Shown here: positions 20,492-30,199 of the stretch, one piece after another
Numbering within the stretch: position 1 is the first letter of the stretch
How the letters are laid out: each line of letters begins with the position of its first letter
Assembly (NCBI GenBank): GCA_965206775.1
Contig: CBDBKU010000001.1
Location: 462,096-526,095, forward strand
Direction of reading: 5' to 3'
Length of the DNA: 64,000 nt
From: Bryobacterales bacterium
GTDB taxonomy: Bacteria > Acidobacteriota > Terriglobia > Bryobacterales > UBA6623
Translations under genes and position numbers: made by a program
Notes under the pieces: generated by a model
Database searches by the model: none
Seen by the model: the letters and a program-made list of their open reading frames with translations, nothing else
Told to the model about the DNA's origin: nothing

Positions 20492-21649
20492 ATGGAAGCT
20501 AGTCAAGTGAAGAGGTCACGAGGTTCGTACGCAACACGGGTTCTGCTGGCTCTCAGCGGTAGCGCTATGACGGCAGCGCTAGCCTTCAACTTGGCAGGCT
20601 TGAATGACCTATCGGGCATCGGTGTCACCCTAGGACTCGCGTCGCTTGCGATGGCGGCTCTCAGTTCGCCGCGCTTTCAAAGGCTGGCTTTCGCGCTCTG
20701 GGTCCTAGCCTTTGCTGCCTGCGCCATGTTCTATCCCACGGCTTTCATCTCATGGGGAGGGTTTGAGATGAAGCAGGCGGTTGTTCCCTTAGTGCAACTC
20801 ATCATGTTCGGGATGGGCACAACCCTGGCCTTTGGGGATTTCGCCCGAGTCATTCGAATCCCGAAAGCTGTCTTGATCGGTCTTGGCTTGCAGTACACCG
20901 TCATGCCATTGATGGGTTGGACATATGCCACGCTGTTCGGCCTGCAAGGTGAAGTGGCAGTGGGACTGATCCTGTACGGTGCCTGTGCCGGTGGTGTCAG
21001 CTCGAACGTGGTTACCTACATAGCAGGCGCCAATCTGGCGCTGTCGGTCACCATGACAGCTTTTTCGACCATGATGTCACCGCTGATGACACCTGTTGCG
21101 ATGAAGATGCTAGCCGGACAGTATCTGCCAATCAAGATGGCACCGATGATGATTTCCATTCTGAAAATGATCCTTGCTCCCGTGCTAGCCGGCCTACTGG
21201 TCAATCGCTATTTTCACCGCTATGCCACATGGGCCTCTCGTTGGCTCCCTGGTGTCTCCATGTGGGGAATCTGCACCGTCATCGCGATTACGATCGCGCT
21301 CTCCCGTGATGATCTGATAGCCGTGGCTGTGCCCCTGCTTGGCGCTGCGGTTTGCCATAACGCAACAGGTTTCACACTCGGCTACTGGAGTGCCCGCGCG
21401 TTTGGTCTAAACAGGATCGACAGCCGAACTGTTTCCATTGAAGTTGGAATGCAGAATGGAGGAATGGCGACCGGCTTAGCGTTCGACGTGCTGCAGAGCG
21501 GAGTGGCTGCTGTACCCTCGGCCGTCGAAGGTCCGTGGGCGGCTGTCGCAGGCGCGGGCCTCGCTTCCTATTGGCGCCGATCGCACCGACCTGCCCAAGC
21601 GTCTCCCAAGTCTTTTCGGGGGCCGGCCGCTGAATCTTCAACTGGCTGA
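20492..21649 (+). CDS. Bile acid:sodium symporter (BASS) family transporter
   Basis: 385 aa, polytopic. GMGTTLAFGDFARVIRIPKAVLIGLGLQYTVMPLMGW and GACAGGVSSNVVTYIAGANLALSVTMTAFSTMMSPLMTP. Confidence 0.8.
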   Translation: MEASQVKRSRGSYATRVLLALSGSAMTAALAFNLAGLNDLSGIGVTLGLASLAMAALSSPRFQRLAFALWVLAFAACAMFYPTAFISWGGFEMKQAVVPLVQLIMFGMGTTLAFGDFARVIRIPKAVLIGLGLQYTVMPLMGWTYATLFGLQGEVAVGLILYGACAGGVSSNVVTYIAGANLALSVTMTAFSTMMSPLMTPVAMKMLAGQYLPIKMAPMMISILKMILAPVLAGLLVNRYFHRYATWASRWLPGVSMWGICTVIAITIALSRDDLIAVAVPLLGAAVCHNATGFTLGYWSARAFGLNRIDSRTVSIEVGMQNGGMATGLAFDVLQSGVAAVPSAVEGPWAAVAGAGLASYWRRSHRPAQASPKSFRGPAAESSTG

Positions 21650-22047
21650 CAGACCCGGCCGCAATAGCTCACCAAGAGATTCTGGCCGATCAGGGCCGCC
21701 GCAAAGCGCGTTGCCCGCTTTGATGGCGGCCACGGCCGGCATCCTCGGCTCAATGCAGGCGGAAGACCTTCGCCAGGGCTCGGAGTGCGCGAAACCGAGG
21801 AAGTCCGGAGCTTTCCCAGCTACTCGTTGGCCAACGACACGAAACATTAAGTAAGACTGCGGGGATCCCGGCGCGGTGTGCTGACGAATGCCTCGCGAAA
21901 GTTGGTCAATCAGGCTATCCCCTGGCTGGACTCGTTGGGTCCGCCTGCAGTCCCAAGGGGGATTCGGCGTCGATCGCTCTTCCACCTGAACCGAGCCGTG
22001 GTCGGTTCGACGAAGCAAGCCGCTGACGACATCCCGTGTGACACAAT

Positions 22048-22905
22048 ATGGCGATCATGCGCACCATTGTCATCTCCGGATTCCTTCTTCTGTCATTAGC
22101 TTTCTCGCTGGTCGGTCAACAGGCTGTGAAACCTGACCCTATGCGGCCGGACCCGGAAATGAAACGCCCAATCGACGCCCATGATTCTGTTTTTCTCGAG
22201 GAACTGACCTGGATCGAGGTGCGCGACGCCATGCGTGCGGGCAAGAGCACTGTCATCGTGGCCACTGGCGGAATCGAGCAGAACGGCCCCTATCTCGCTC
22301 TCGGCAAACACCAGTACATCCTGCAGGCGACAACCGAAGCAATCGCCCGCAAACTTGGCAACGCACTCGTCGCCCCGATCGTGGCATTTGTTCCCGAAGG
22401 AGACATCGACCCGCCCACTGGGCACATGCTGTATCCTGGCTCGATCTCCGTACGCGAGGAAACTTTCCGGGCGCTGCTGACGGATATCGCCAACAGCCTA
22501 CGTGTTCACGGCTTCCGCCACGTTATTTTCCTTTCCGACAGTGGCGGCAACGTTACGGGCATGCAGACCGTCGCCGAGGAACTGGGCAGAGAATGGTCTG
22601 GCGGCGAGACGACGATTCACTACATCGCCGAATACTACGATTACCCAGGCGTGGGAGACTTCCTCAAGTCCCTAGGCATCCGTCAAGTCGACGAGGGCTA
22701 TCACGATGACGCAGGCATCTCGTCCCAGATGATCGTGGTCGACCCCAATACCGTTCGAATGAAACAGCGTATGGCGGCGGGAAAGATGTCGATCAATGGA
22801 GTCAGTCTCGCTCCTCCCAAGGGTGCCGAGCTCGGGAAGAAGGTCATCGAGTATCGCGCCAACCTCGCTGTCGCCGCGATCGAAAAGGCGATCGAGTCGC
22901 GGTAG
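22048..22905 (+). CDS. Creatininase-family amidohydrolase, secreted
   Basis: 285 aa. Signal peptide, then VIVATGGIEQNGPYLALGKH and FLSDSGGN patterns. Confidence 0.65.
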   Translation: MAIMRTIVISGFLLLSLAFSLVGQQAVKPDPMRPDPEMKRPIDAHDSVFLEELTWIEVRDAMRAGKSTVIVATGGIEQNGPYLALGKHQYILQATTEAIARKLGNALVAPIVAFVPEGDIDPPTGHMLYPGSISVREETFRALLTDIANSLRVHGFRHVIFLSDSGGNVTGMQTVAEELGREWSGGETTIHYIAEYYDYPGVGDFLKSLGIRQVDEGYHDDAGISSQMIVVDPNTVRMKQRMAAGKMSINGVSLAPPKGAELGKKVIEYRANLAVAAIEKAIESR

Positions 22906-23235
22906 TTGATTGAAGATGCCGCCAGCTTCAGAAATAGACCGGGCGAATCTCGCCCATTCAAGCCCCGCGACACACGATAGGGCGGTCGTGGCCAAGTCGT
23001 GATGCTCGAGTCTTGACTCGGGCGCGCTCGGCTTGGTCTGATTGTCCGCAAGTCTCAGCCATAGCTGGAGGCCGAGGAATGATGGATTCAATCGTTGAAT
23101 CGGTCAGAGCTATGGTCGTGTTCTCGAATGCAATGGCAAGTAGGCCAGCTGAACTTGGTGCGGATTTCGCGCACGAAGCCAGACTGCAGGTTGCCGATGC
23201 TAGCTATTCTGGCGAGGATGCTGGCGTGTGGTTGT

Positions 23236-23726
23236 CACGGGCTCTCGCTGCTTGTCAAGCCGATGCAGCTCGGAGGGTATTCGCGGACCTGGAGCCAGCG
23301 GCTGCGTATCAACGGCAAGCCCGTCATCGGGCTCGGCTCGTTCCCGGTCGTCACGCGGGCAGAGGCTCGCAAGGCCGCTCTGAAGAATCGCCGTGCCCTC
23401 GCAAGGGGGCATGACCGGCGCAACTCCGTCCCGACGCTCGCTCAGGCGAGCGAGAGGGTGCTGGCGATCCATTCCGCAAACTGGAAGCACGGCGCTCGCT
23501 CGGCGGAAATCTGGCGGAACAGCCTCCGCGATTACGTGCTACCACAGCTTGGGCGGAAGCGCGTCGACCGCATCGCCACGGCAGATGTCATGTCCGTCTT
23601 GCTGCCGCACTGGGCAACGAAGCACGAGACGATGCGCCGGGTCAAACAGCGGCTCAGCAGGATATTCCGTTGGGCAGTGGCCGAGGGCTACCGGACGGAC
23701 GATCCCGCCGGAGCCACACTCGACGC
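23236..23726 (+). pseudogene. Internal fragment of a tyrosine integrase (paralogue of 47783..48979)
   Basis: Lies within ORF 23095..23790. 23236-23726 is a diverged copy (one 3-nt indel) of 47900-48393. It is equivalent to integrase residues ~40-204 and lacks both the arm-binding N-terminus and the whole catalytic domain. Confidence 0.75.
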
Positions 23727-23886
23727 TAGGATCTGTGCCGGTCATTGGTTCAGCGGGTCAGAACGGTTGGCACAACGAAGCGCGAGCTAAAGGACCGCGG
23801 GTCTCGCGTGACGAAGCTGCCCTGACCCCTATGTTTCTTCAATTCGTCGCCAAGGCTTAGTGAACAAGTTTCTTTGATCTTTGCGC

Positions 23887-23904
23887 TTTCACCTCACGGT
23901 GAAA
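23887..23904. promoter_or_regulatory. Inverted repeat TTTCACC-n4-GGTGAAA upstream of the AbiEi-like gene (candidate autoregulatory operator)
   Basis: Perfect 7-bp arms, ~60 bp upstream of ATG 23964, in an AT-rich leader. A TTGACT -35-like hexamer sits at 23927-23932. Confidence 0.3.
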
Positions 23905-23963
23905 ATTAGATTTTTGATGAAATCACTTGACTTTTTCACTAAATATGCTATTTTCAGTATTGG

Positions 23964-25070
23964 ATGAAGCACGTAGAAAGGTTGAGGGAACAGGAGATTC
24001 TTGCCGTGGACGCTGTCCAGGAACTGCTTGGTAATGTGCCCAGCGTTCAAGTCGGGTCGGTGAAATATCAGCACCCGATCGCGGACAACCTTCAAATCGA
24101 CGGAAGGATCGGATTCAGTCATGGCGGTGCGAGCTATCAGCTGATCATCGAAGTCAAATCCGACGGGGCTCCCCGCTATGTTCGTTCCGGGGTCTTTCAG
24201 CTCAAGGGCTATGTGGCCCACTTACATCAATTCGGTCACACTGAGATGGGCGAGCGTTGGATTCCGATGCTTGCCAGCCACTACCTGTCTCCGCAGTCGA
24301 GGGCGATCTGCACGGATCATGATGTGGCGTATCTCGACCTTGTAGGGAACGCGCATCTCACCTTCGGCGATGTCTATATTGATCGGGCCGTAGCAGACCA
24401 ACCGAAGTCCGAAACCCGCTCGCTTCGGTCGATCTTCTCCCCGAAGGCTGCCGCCATATTGCGCGTTATGCTTCGTGATCCAGACCGGCCCTGGCGCGTC
24501 GTCGAGTTGGCCGAGGAGGCCCAAGCAAGCCTTGGCCACGTAAGCAATGTGCGCAAAGCCCTACTCTCCCGGGAGTTGATTGAGAAACAGGATGAAGGGG
24601 TCGCGCTGATCAACCCGGATGGGCTGCTGAAAATGTGGCGTGAAAATTATCGTCAGCCGCGAGGGCATCGTATTAAGGAATACACGCGTTTTCACGGAAG
24701 GCAACTAGACAAGCGGCTACGGGGAGGGCTCAATCCGTATCGACACGCTCCGCGAGCAATTTACTCGTTGAATTCGGCCGCTGGGTGGCTCGCGCCGTTT
24801 ACTCGGGATGGCACGCATTCTTTCTACGCAGATGAACAGGGGAGGCAGCTGCTGCGGGATGTGTTGGAGTTGACGCCCGCAGCAATTGGACCGAATGTCG
24901 CAGTGTGCGAACCGTTCGATGACAGTCTGTTCGATGACGCAGTCGAGCCTAGTCCAGGTATGTTCTGTACCAGTCCAGTCATTACGTATCTGGATCTGTG
25001 GAACGGCAACGAGCGACACCGTGAAGCCGCGTCACATTTGGCCGAGGAGTTCTTCCCATGGCTCCGATAG
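23964..25070 (+). CDS. AbiEi-like winged-helix protein with N-terminal PD-(D/E)xK-like domain
   Basis: 368 aa. N-terminal QIDGRIGF...YQLIIEVKSDG (D...ExK pattern). Central wHTH (AAILRVMLRDPDRPWRVVELAEEAQASLGHVSNVRKALLSRELIE). AbiEi-like C-terminal region. 13-bp overlap with the next gene. Confidence 0.6.
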   Translation: MKHVERLREQEILAVDAVQELLGNVPSVQVGSVKYQHPIADNLQIDGRIGFSHGGASYQLIIEVKSDGAPRYVRSGVFQLKGYVAHLHQFGHTEMGERWIPMLASHYLSPQSRAICTDHDVAYLDLVGNAHLTFGDVYIDRAVADQPKSETRSLRSIFSPKAAAILRVMLRDPDRPWRVVELAEEAQASLGHVSNVRKALLSRELIEKQDEGVALINPDGLLKMWRENYRQPRGHRIKEYTRFHGRQLDKRLRGGLNPYRHAPRAIYSLNSAAGWLAPFTRDGTHSFYADEQGRQLLRDVLELTPAAIGPNVAVCEPFDDSLFDDAVEPSPGMFCTSPVITYLDLWNGNERHREAASHLAEEFFPWLR

Positions 25071-25915
25071 AACCCCAACATGCTGCCGACTATGATGACC
25101 GGACTACGGCAGCCGTTAGATCTGTCCTGCTCGAGATTGGTCAGATTCTGGGCAGCTTTCACGGAAAGTTTGCGGTGATCGGCGGGGCCGTCCCTTGGCT
25201 TCTGCTAGAGGAAGCCGAAATGCCCCATGTCGGCACCGTCGACGTGGATCTGAGCCTCGACGCCGAAGCGCTTGGTGATGGCGAGTACGCCCGTCTTGTC
25301 GAGTCCCTTCAGATGCACGGCTACCACCAGCGGGGAAGTCTGCGCCGCTTTCAACTCGTGCGCATCGTTAGCGCCCGTGACGGCGGGCCCGACATAGACG
25401 TCGTCGTCGACTTCCTAATGCCACGCGAGGCCGAGATAGTGAGAAACGCCATGCCGCTTGTCAGTGACTTTGCCGTGCAGCGCGCCGATGGTGCAGATCT
25501 TGCGCTCAGGTTCCACGAGGTAATTCACATCGAAGGAACCATGCCGGACGGCGTCGGGAACCGCGTACGGATCGTGGTCGCATCAATTCCCGCTCTCTTG
25601 GCCATGAAAGGCTACGCGGTGAGCAACCGCCTGAAACATAAGGATGCCTACGACATCTACTACTGCGTCCGCAACTTTCCGGGCGGTCTAGACGCCCTCG
25701 TCGCGGCGACGTCTCCGCTCCTGGATGTGGCAACAGCCAAGAATGGCTACCTCGGGATTTTGGAAAAATTTCGTCACGTAAATGGCTTCGGCCCGACGAG
25801 CGTGAGGCGTTTCGTCGAGACCTCCGAAATGCTCGGAGAGCGTACTGCCGATCAATGGCAGCAGGACGCATTCGGGCAGGTCAATGCTTGGCTGACAGCA
25901 CTGGGCTTGAGGTGA
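25058..25915 (+). CDS. AbiEii/DUF1814-like nucleotidyltransferase
   Basis: 285 aa. NTase-fold motifs FAVIGGAVPW, GTVDVDLSL and IDVVVDF, plus a C-terminal KHKDAYDIYY. Confidence 0.65.
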   Translation: MAPIEPQHAADYDDRTTAAVRSVLLEIGQILGSFHGKFAVIGGAVPWLLLEEAEMPHVGTVDVDLSLDAEALGDGEYARLVESLQMHGYHQRGSLRRFQLVRIVSARDGGPDIDVVVDFLMPREAEIVRNAMPLVSDFAVQRADGADLALRFHEVIHIEGTMPDGVGNRVRIVVASIPALLAMKGYAVSNRLKHKDAYDIYYCVRNFPGGLDALVAATSPLLDVATAKNGYLGILEKFRHVNGFGPTSVRRFVETSEMLGERTADQWQQDAFGQVNAWLTALGLR

Positions 25916-25918
25916 AGA

Positions 25919-26157
25919 ATGGCCCCGCAGGCAATATGCAAGATCCGTAGTTCGGACATTCCCTTGATCGACAAAGTGTTCGCCATGGAAGGCGGCTATG
26001 TGCTCAATTTTCCTAATCAGTCCTTCGCCGAATTCTTTTGGGAAGAATTCGGCGTCAATATTGATGATCCTCGTTGGTCCGTTCAAGGAGGGAGCAAAGC
26101 GAAGCGTCTGTGGTACTACTTGCGCAAAGCAGACCGGCAAACCGCTCTAGATACGCT
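25919..26157 (+). pseudogene. Defence-type gene (N-terminal domain + Mrr-like nuclease), 5' part, interrupted by IS21
   Basis: ATG lies 3 nt after the NTase stop. IDKVFAMEGGYVLNFPNQSFAEFFWEEFGVNIDDPRW..GGSKAKRLWYYL. The frame continues at 31311 after removal of the IS21 element. Confidence 0.65.
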
Positions 26158-26267
26158 TGTCAGTTCCGGAAAATATGGCGGGTTCGGCTGACCTGAATTC
26201 GCCTGTCTCAAGACTATCGTCTCCTTGCAGGGAGCCGCGTTCGCGGCTTCCCGGCGAGGAGGGGATT

Positions 26268-27111
26268 GTGTACGACGAGAGAAAGCGCCGCGACGTGGGT
26301 TTGTTGCTGGGGGCCGCGGTCCCGCAGGAGCGCGTCGCTCAGCAACTCGGTGTTTCGTTGCGGACGGTGCAGCGGATCGCGCAGCAGATGAGCGCAGAGC
26401 CGAGCGAGGAGTCCGTCTCGGAGGCGGTTGCGCCGCCGCCGGAGACGCCGCCAGCGAGCGTCGCGGCCGCGGCACGGACGGGCCCGGGACGTCCCTCGGC
26501 GGTGGAGGCCTACCGCGACCGCGTGGCGGATCTGCTGGCGGAGGAGCCGGGCCTGAAGAGCCTGGAAGTGCTGCGGCGGCTGCGCGAGCGCGGCTATGAC
26601 GGGGGCAAGACGGCCGTGTATGAATTGGTCCGGCAGCTGCGTCCGCGGGCGGTGCGCCCGATGTGCCGTTTCGAGGGGCTGGCGGGCGAGTTCTCGCAGC
26701 ACGATTTCGGCGAGGTGCGGGTGGAGTACACAGGCGGCGGGCGGGAGCGCGTGCAGTTCTTCGCCTCGCGGCTGAAGTACTCGCGCTACGCCTTGGTGAC
26801 GCCTGTGCCGAACCAGCGCGTCGAGACGCTGGTGCGCACGCTGGCGGAGCATCTGGCGGGGTTTGAGGGCCTGCCCTTGCTGGCGGTGTTCGACCGGCCC
26901 AGGACCATCGTGACGAAATCGGATCCGAAGACCGGGGCGGTGCTGGAGTGGAACCGCCCGTTCGCCGAGGCCCTGGCGCGCATGGGACTGGCGGTGGAGC
27001 TGTGCTGGCCGTATCGTCCCCAGCAAAAGGGAGCGGTCGAGAATCTTGTCGGCTGGGTGAAGAACTCGTTCTTCAAGGTGCGGCGTTTCCTGGACGGCGA
27101 GGACCTGCGCC
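26268..27111 (+). pseudogene. istA: IS21 IstA transposase, 5' part (interrupted)
   Basis: GTG 26268 follows GGAGGGG. HTH (QLGVSLRTVQRIAQ), FSQHDFGEVRVEY, AVFDRPRTIV, CWPYRPQQKGAVENLVGWVKNSFF. The frame is broken at 27111/27112. Confidence 0.8.
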
Positions 27112-29550
27112 CTGCCGTTGCCCCACAAGTCACGCTCGGGGCTCCTCCTGAGAGGCGATTGGAGGCGGCTCGAAGTAGTCTCTGAGCTCATAGGCTTCGC
27201 TCATGATGGTCAAGCGGGTCCAGCCCTCCCAGATCTTTTGATGGCCCGGCGGCGGAGCGTTCTTGCGGTACAGGTAGCCGCCCAGAATTGCCATGGTCCG
27301 CACTGCCAGACCCAGGTTGCCCGGCGCAGCCAGCCCGCGCTGGGACGCGAAGTGCCGCAGCACCCGCATCTGGACCTCCGTGAAGAACACCGCGGCCGGC
27401 AATTCGGGGGTCTCCCGCCCCAGCAGCGTCAGCGCCGCCAGCCGCCAGGCGATCACCGCCTTGATCGTCACCGCCCGCTCGATCCGCTCCCCCGTCCGGT
27501 GCCCCAGGTACTCCACCTTGCAGCCCGACTTGAGAATCCGGTGCCAGTCCTCGATGCGCCAGCGCAGCCGGTACCACTCCAGCACCTGCTCCGCATCCGC
27601 CAGCGACGCCACCGGCACCGTCGTCAGCAACCACTCCAGCGCTTCCACCCCCTCCGGCACCGTCCGCTCCCACACGTGCACCAGCTGCAACCGCAGCGGT
27701 TCCTCCCCCCGCGTCGGGGCCGGCAACTCCACCGTCTGCCAGCGCAGCTCGGCCTGCGCCGCGCGCGCCGCGCGCAGCGGCTTGGCTTTCTGCTGGCGCG
27801 TGCCCCGTCGCGCCGAACTCCGCTGCACCTCGATCTGCAACTGCTGCACCTCGATCTGCAACTGCCCCTGGAGCGCCTGCTCCCGCATGTGCTCGAACAG
27901 CTTCGGCCGGTCCGGGCCCAGCGCGCGGTTGTGCTTGGCCCGCACCAGCAGCTCGACTCCCTCCAGCCGGCGCTGCTCGGCGAACAGCGCCTGCACGTCG
28001 GCCTCGCGGTCCATCACCGACACCACGCGCGTGCCCGCCAACTGGCCCGCCACCGCCGCGCAGTCCCGCAACCCGCGGACCCAGCGGTAGGTCTTGCGCT
28101 CTGCCAGCGGCCGGCCGCGCTGCGCCTGCCCGTCCGGCGCCTCGTACTGGATCTGGAGCACCCCCAGCGGGATGCCCTCCGGGCTCAGCGCCAGCGTCGA
28201 GTGCATGTGCAGCCCCAGCGTGCCCTGCGCGTTCGTGTTCTTGCCGATCAGGCCCAGCCCCGCGCAGCCGGGATGCTCGGCGAAGTTGAGATCGGTGCCG
28301 TCCTGCACGCACAGCACCACGCTCTCGGCCTGCAGGCGCCGCAGCGTGCGCTGGCGGTGCGGCGCGAGGATGTTCTCCGGGGTCACCGCCGACTCGTCCG
28401 GCTGGTCGATCAGGCGGTAGTGGCCCTTGATGGCGGCCCGCAGGCCCTGCGCGGCGGCTGGGATCGATGCCATGGGAGCGGCGGCCTGCATCTGCGCGGT
28501 CTGCACCAGCCGCTTCGACAAGCGTAGATCACCCAGCGGCGCCCGGCCCAGTTCGTTGTCGGCGAACTGGTCGAGGGCGAGGCCGTCGGCCGGCCCCAGC
28601 GGCGCGCAGGGCCGCGCTGCGTCGGCACCGAGCAGGCGGCGCCAGTCGCGCTGCAGCGGGTAGAGGAAGACGGCCTTGACCGGCACGCGCTGGCCGGGGA
28701 GGGCGAAGCGGCCGCGGCCGGCGGTCTCGCCGACGCAGGTCCAATTGGCGGCGCGGAAGCAGGTGCCGGCGTGGTGCTGCGGATCGCAATAGGTTTCCAC
28801 TAGGGCGGGCCGGTAGCCATAGCGCTGCCGGAAGTCCTCGGGCAGCCGCCGCAGGACCATGCCGAGCACCTTGGAAGCGAGCAGGTGACAGCGGACGGAG
28901 GGACGGATCAGGAACCGGCTCAGGCCCAGGACGCGGTGCAGCCGCTTGCGGCGCAGTTCCGCATCCCAGCCGATCCACTCGTCGCGGGCCGCGAGAGCCA
29001 GGGCCGAGGCGGCGAAGCCGATCGCCCCCAGCACGCCGTGCTCGGACTCAATCAGGTAGCGCAACTGGGCGCCGACGTGGATCACGGCACCCTGCGGGTG
29101 CTCGCTGGCGACCAGCTCGTTCCAGGTCCGCCGCTGGAGCGGGGTCGTGACCGGGGTCAGCTCGAGCCCGGCGACCGCGCCGGCGGCAGGGGGCACCGCT
29201 TGCGGTTGCGGGACCGGCTGGCCGAGCCGACGCGGACGGCAGACGCCGTCGCGGCCGCCATGGCGCGGGAGAGGCAAAGCGATGCGCCTGTCGCGGTGCA
29301 GGCTGCGCAAGGCCTTCTGGCAGCTCGCCAGCTGCAGCTGGCCGCGAGAGTCGAGGAAGCCGAACTCCCGGCACACGAGGCGGGCGAACGCGGTCCGGCT
29401 GGTGTTGCCAGCCTGCGCCAGCAGCACCTGCAGGGTCGCCACGGCCTCTGAATGCGAGAGGGTCTGCGCAATGCAATGTTGGTCGAGCATGCTTCAGGCA
29501 TGCCACAACGACCATACCGTTGTCAAGTGCCAGATCTGGGGCATGGGCAG
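27112..29550 (-). mobile_element. IS4-family (IS50/Tn5-like) insertion sequence nested in istA, 2439 bp
   Basis: Imperfect inverted repeats CTGCCGTTGCCCCA (27112-) and CTGCCCATGCCCCA (reverse complement ending at 29550). 8-bp duplication CCTGCGCC (27104-27111 and 29551-29558). Excision restores the istA codons ..EDLR-QQLADW.. Confidence 0.8.
27130..29490 (-). CDS. Tn5/IS50-type DDE transposase with ~320-aa N-terminal extra domain
   Basis: 786 aa. The C-terminal ~470 aa contain RLSKRLV...KGHYRLIDQ, VQDGTDLNF, VMDREADV and YRLRWRIEDWHRILKSGC (DDE/YREK). The N-terminal ~320 aa are not part of a canonical Tn5 transposase. Confidence 0.85.
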   Translation of the reverse strand: MLDQHCIAQTLSHSEAVATLQVLLAQAGNTSRTAFARLVCREFGFLDSRGQLQLASCQKALRSLHRDRRIALPLPRHGGRDGVCRPRRLGQPVPQPQAVPPAAGAVAGLELTPVTTPLQRRTWNELVASEHPQGAVIHVGAQLRYLIESEHGVLGAIGFAASALALAARDEWIGWDAELRRKRLHRVLGLSRFLIRPSVRCHLLASKVLGMVLRRLPEDFRQRYGYRPALVETYCDPQHHAGTCFRAANWTCVGETAGRGRFALPGQRVPVKAVFLYPLQRDWRRLLGADAARPCAPLGPADGLALDQFADNELGRAPLGDLRLSKRLVQTAQMQAAAPMASIPAAAQGLRAAIKGHYRLIDQPDESAVTPENILAPHRQRTLRRLQAESVVLCVQDGTDLNFAEHPGCAGLGLIGKNTNAQGTLGLHMHSTLALSPEGIPLGVLQIQYEAPDGQAQRGRPLAERKTYRWVRGLRDCAAVAGQLAGTRVVSVMDREADVQALFAEQRRLEGVELLVRAKHNRALGPDRPKLFEHMREQALQGQLQIEVQQLQIEVQRSSARRGTRQQKAKPLRAARAAQAELRWQTVELPAPTRGEEPLRLQLVHVWERTVPEGVEALEWLLTTVPVASLADAEQVLEWYRLRWRIEDWHRILKSGCKVEYLGHRTGERIERAVTIKAVIAWRLAALTLLGRETPELPAAVFFTEVQMRVLRHFASQRGLAAPGNLGLAVRTMAILGGYLYRKNAPPPGHQKIWEGWTRLTIMSEAYELRDYFEPPPIASQEEPRA

Positions 29551-30199
29551 CCTGCGCCAGCAGCTGGCCGACTGGCACCAGGAGGTGAACGAGCGGCGGC
29601 CCAGCCGGGCCACGGGGCGCGTTCCGGGCGAGGTGCTGCGGGCCGAGGAAGCGCCCCGCTTGCGCCCGCTCAAGCTCGGTCCGGAGGAACTCGACCTGCG
29701 CTATCCGGTGCGCGTGGGCCCGACCGGCATGGTGACCTTCCAAACCCAGCGCTACTCGATGCCGGCCGAGGCGATCGGCTTCTCCGCGACCCTGCACCTG
29801 TACCGCGAGCGGGTGGTGATCGTGGCGGGCCGCCACCGCGCCGAGCATCCCCGCTTGCGGGGGCGCGACCGGATCTCGAGCCTGCGCGCTCACCGCGGCG
29901 ACCTGCTGGCCGCCGTGACGGGCCGCCGTGCCCGCATGTACTTGAAACGGGAGCAGTTGCTGGAACTGGGCCCGGCCGCCCAGAACATTCTGACCGAGCT
30001 GGTCCATCAGCGGCCGACGCGCTGGAGCGATGACGTCGAGCGTCTCCACGAATTGCTGCAGGCCTTCGGCAGCGGGGCCCTGCGAGCGGCCTTCCAACGC
30101 GTCCAGGGCCGGCCCGGGCCGAGCGTCGAGCGCGTCACGCACGAACTGGAAGGCCTCGCGCCGCTGTTCGACACCCGCCCCGTGGAGGACCCTTCGTGA
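29551..30199 (+). pseudogene. istA: IS21 IstA transposase, 3' part
   Basis: ..QQLADWHQEVNERRPSRATGRVPGEVL.. runs to the stop at 30199. Track ORF 29147..30199 begins artificially inside the nested IS. Confidence 0.8.

Noticed and set aside
27823-27864. The tandem 21-bp repeat, considered as a mini CRISPR-like or regulatory array.
   Set aside because: There are only two units with no spacers. The repeat is in frame inside a transposase coding sequence. No CRISPR array was seen anywhere in the window.
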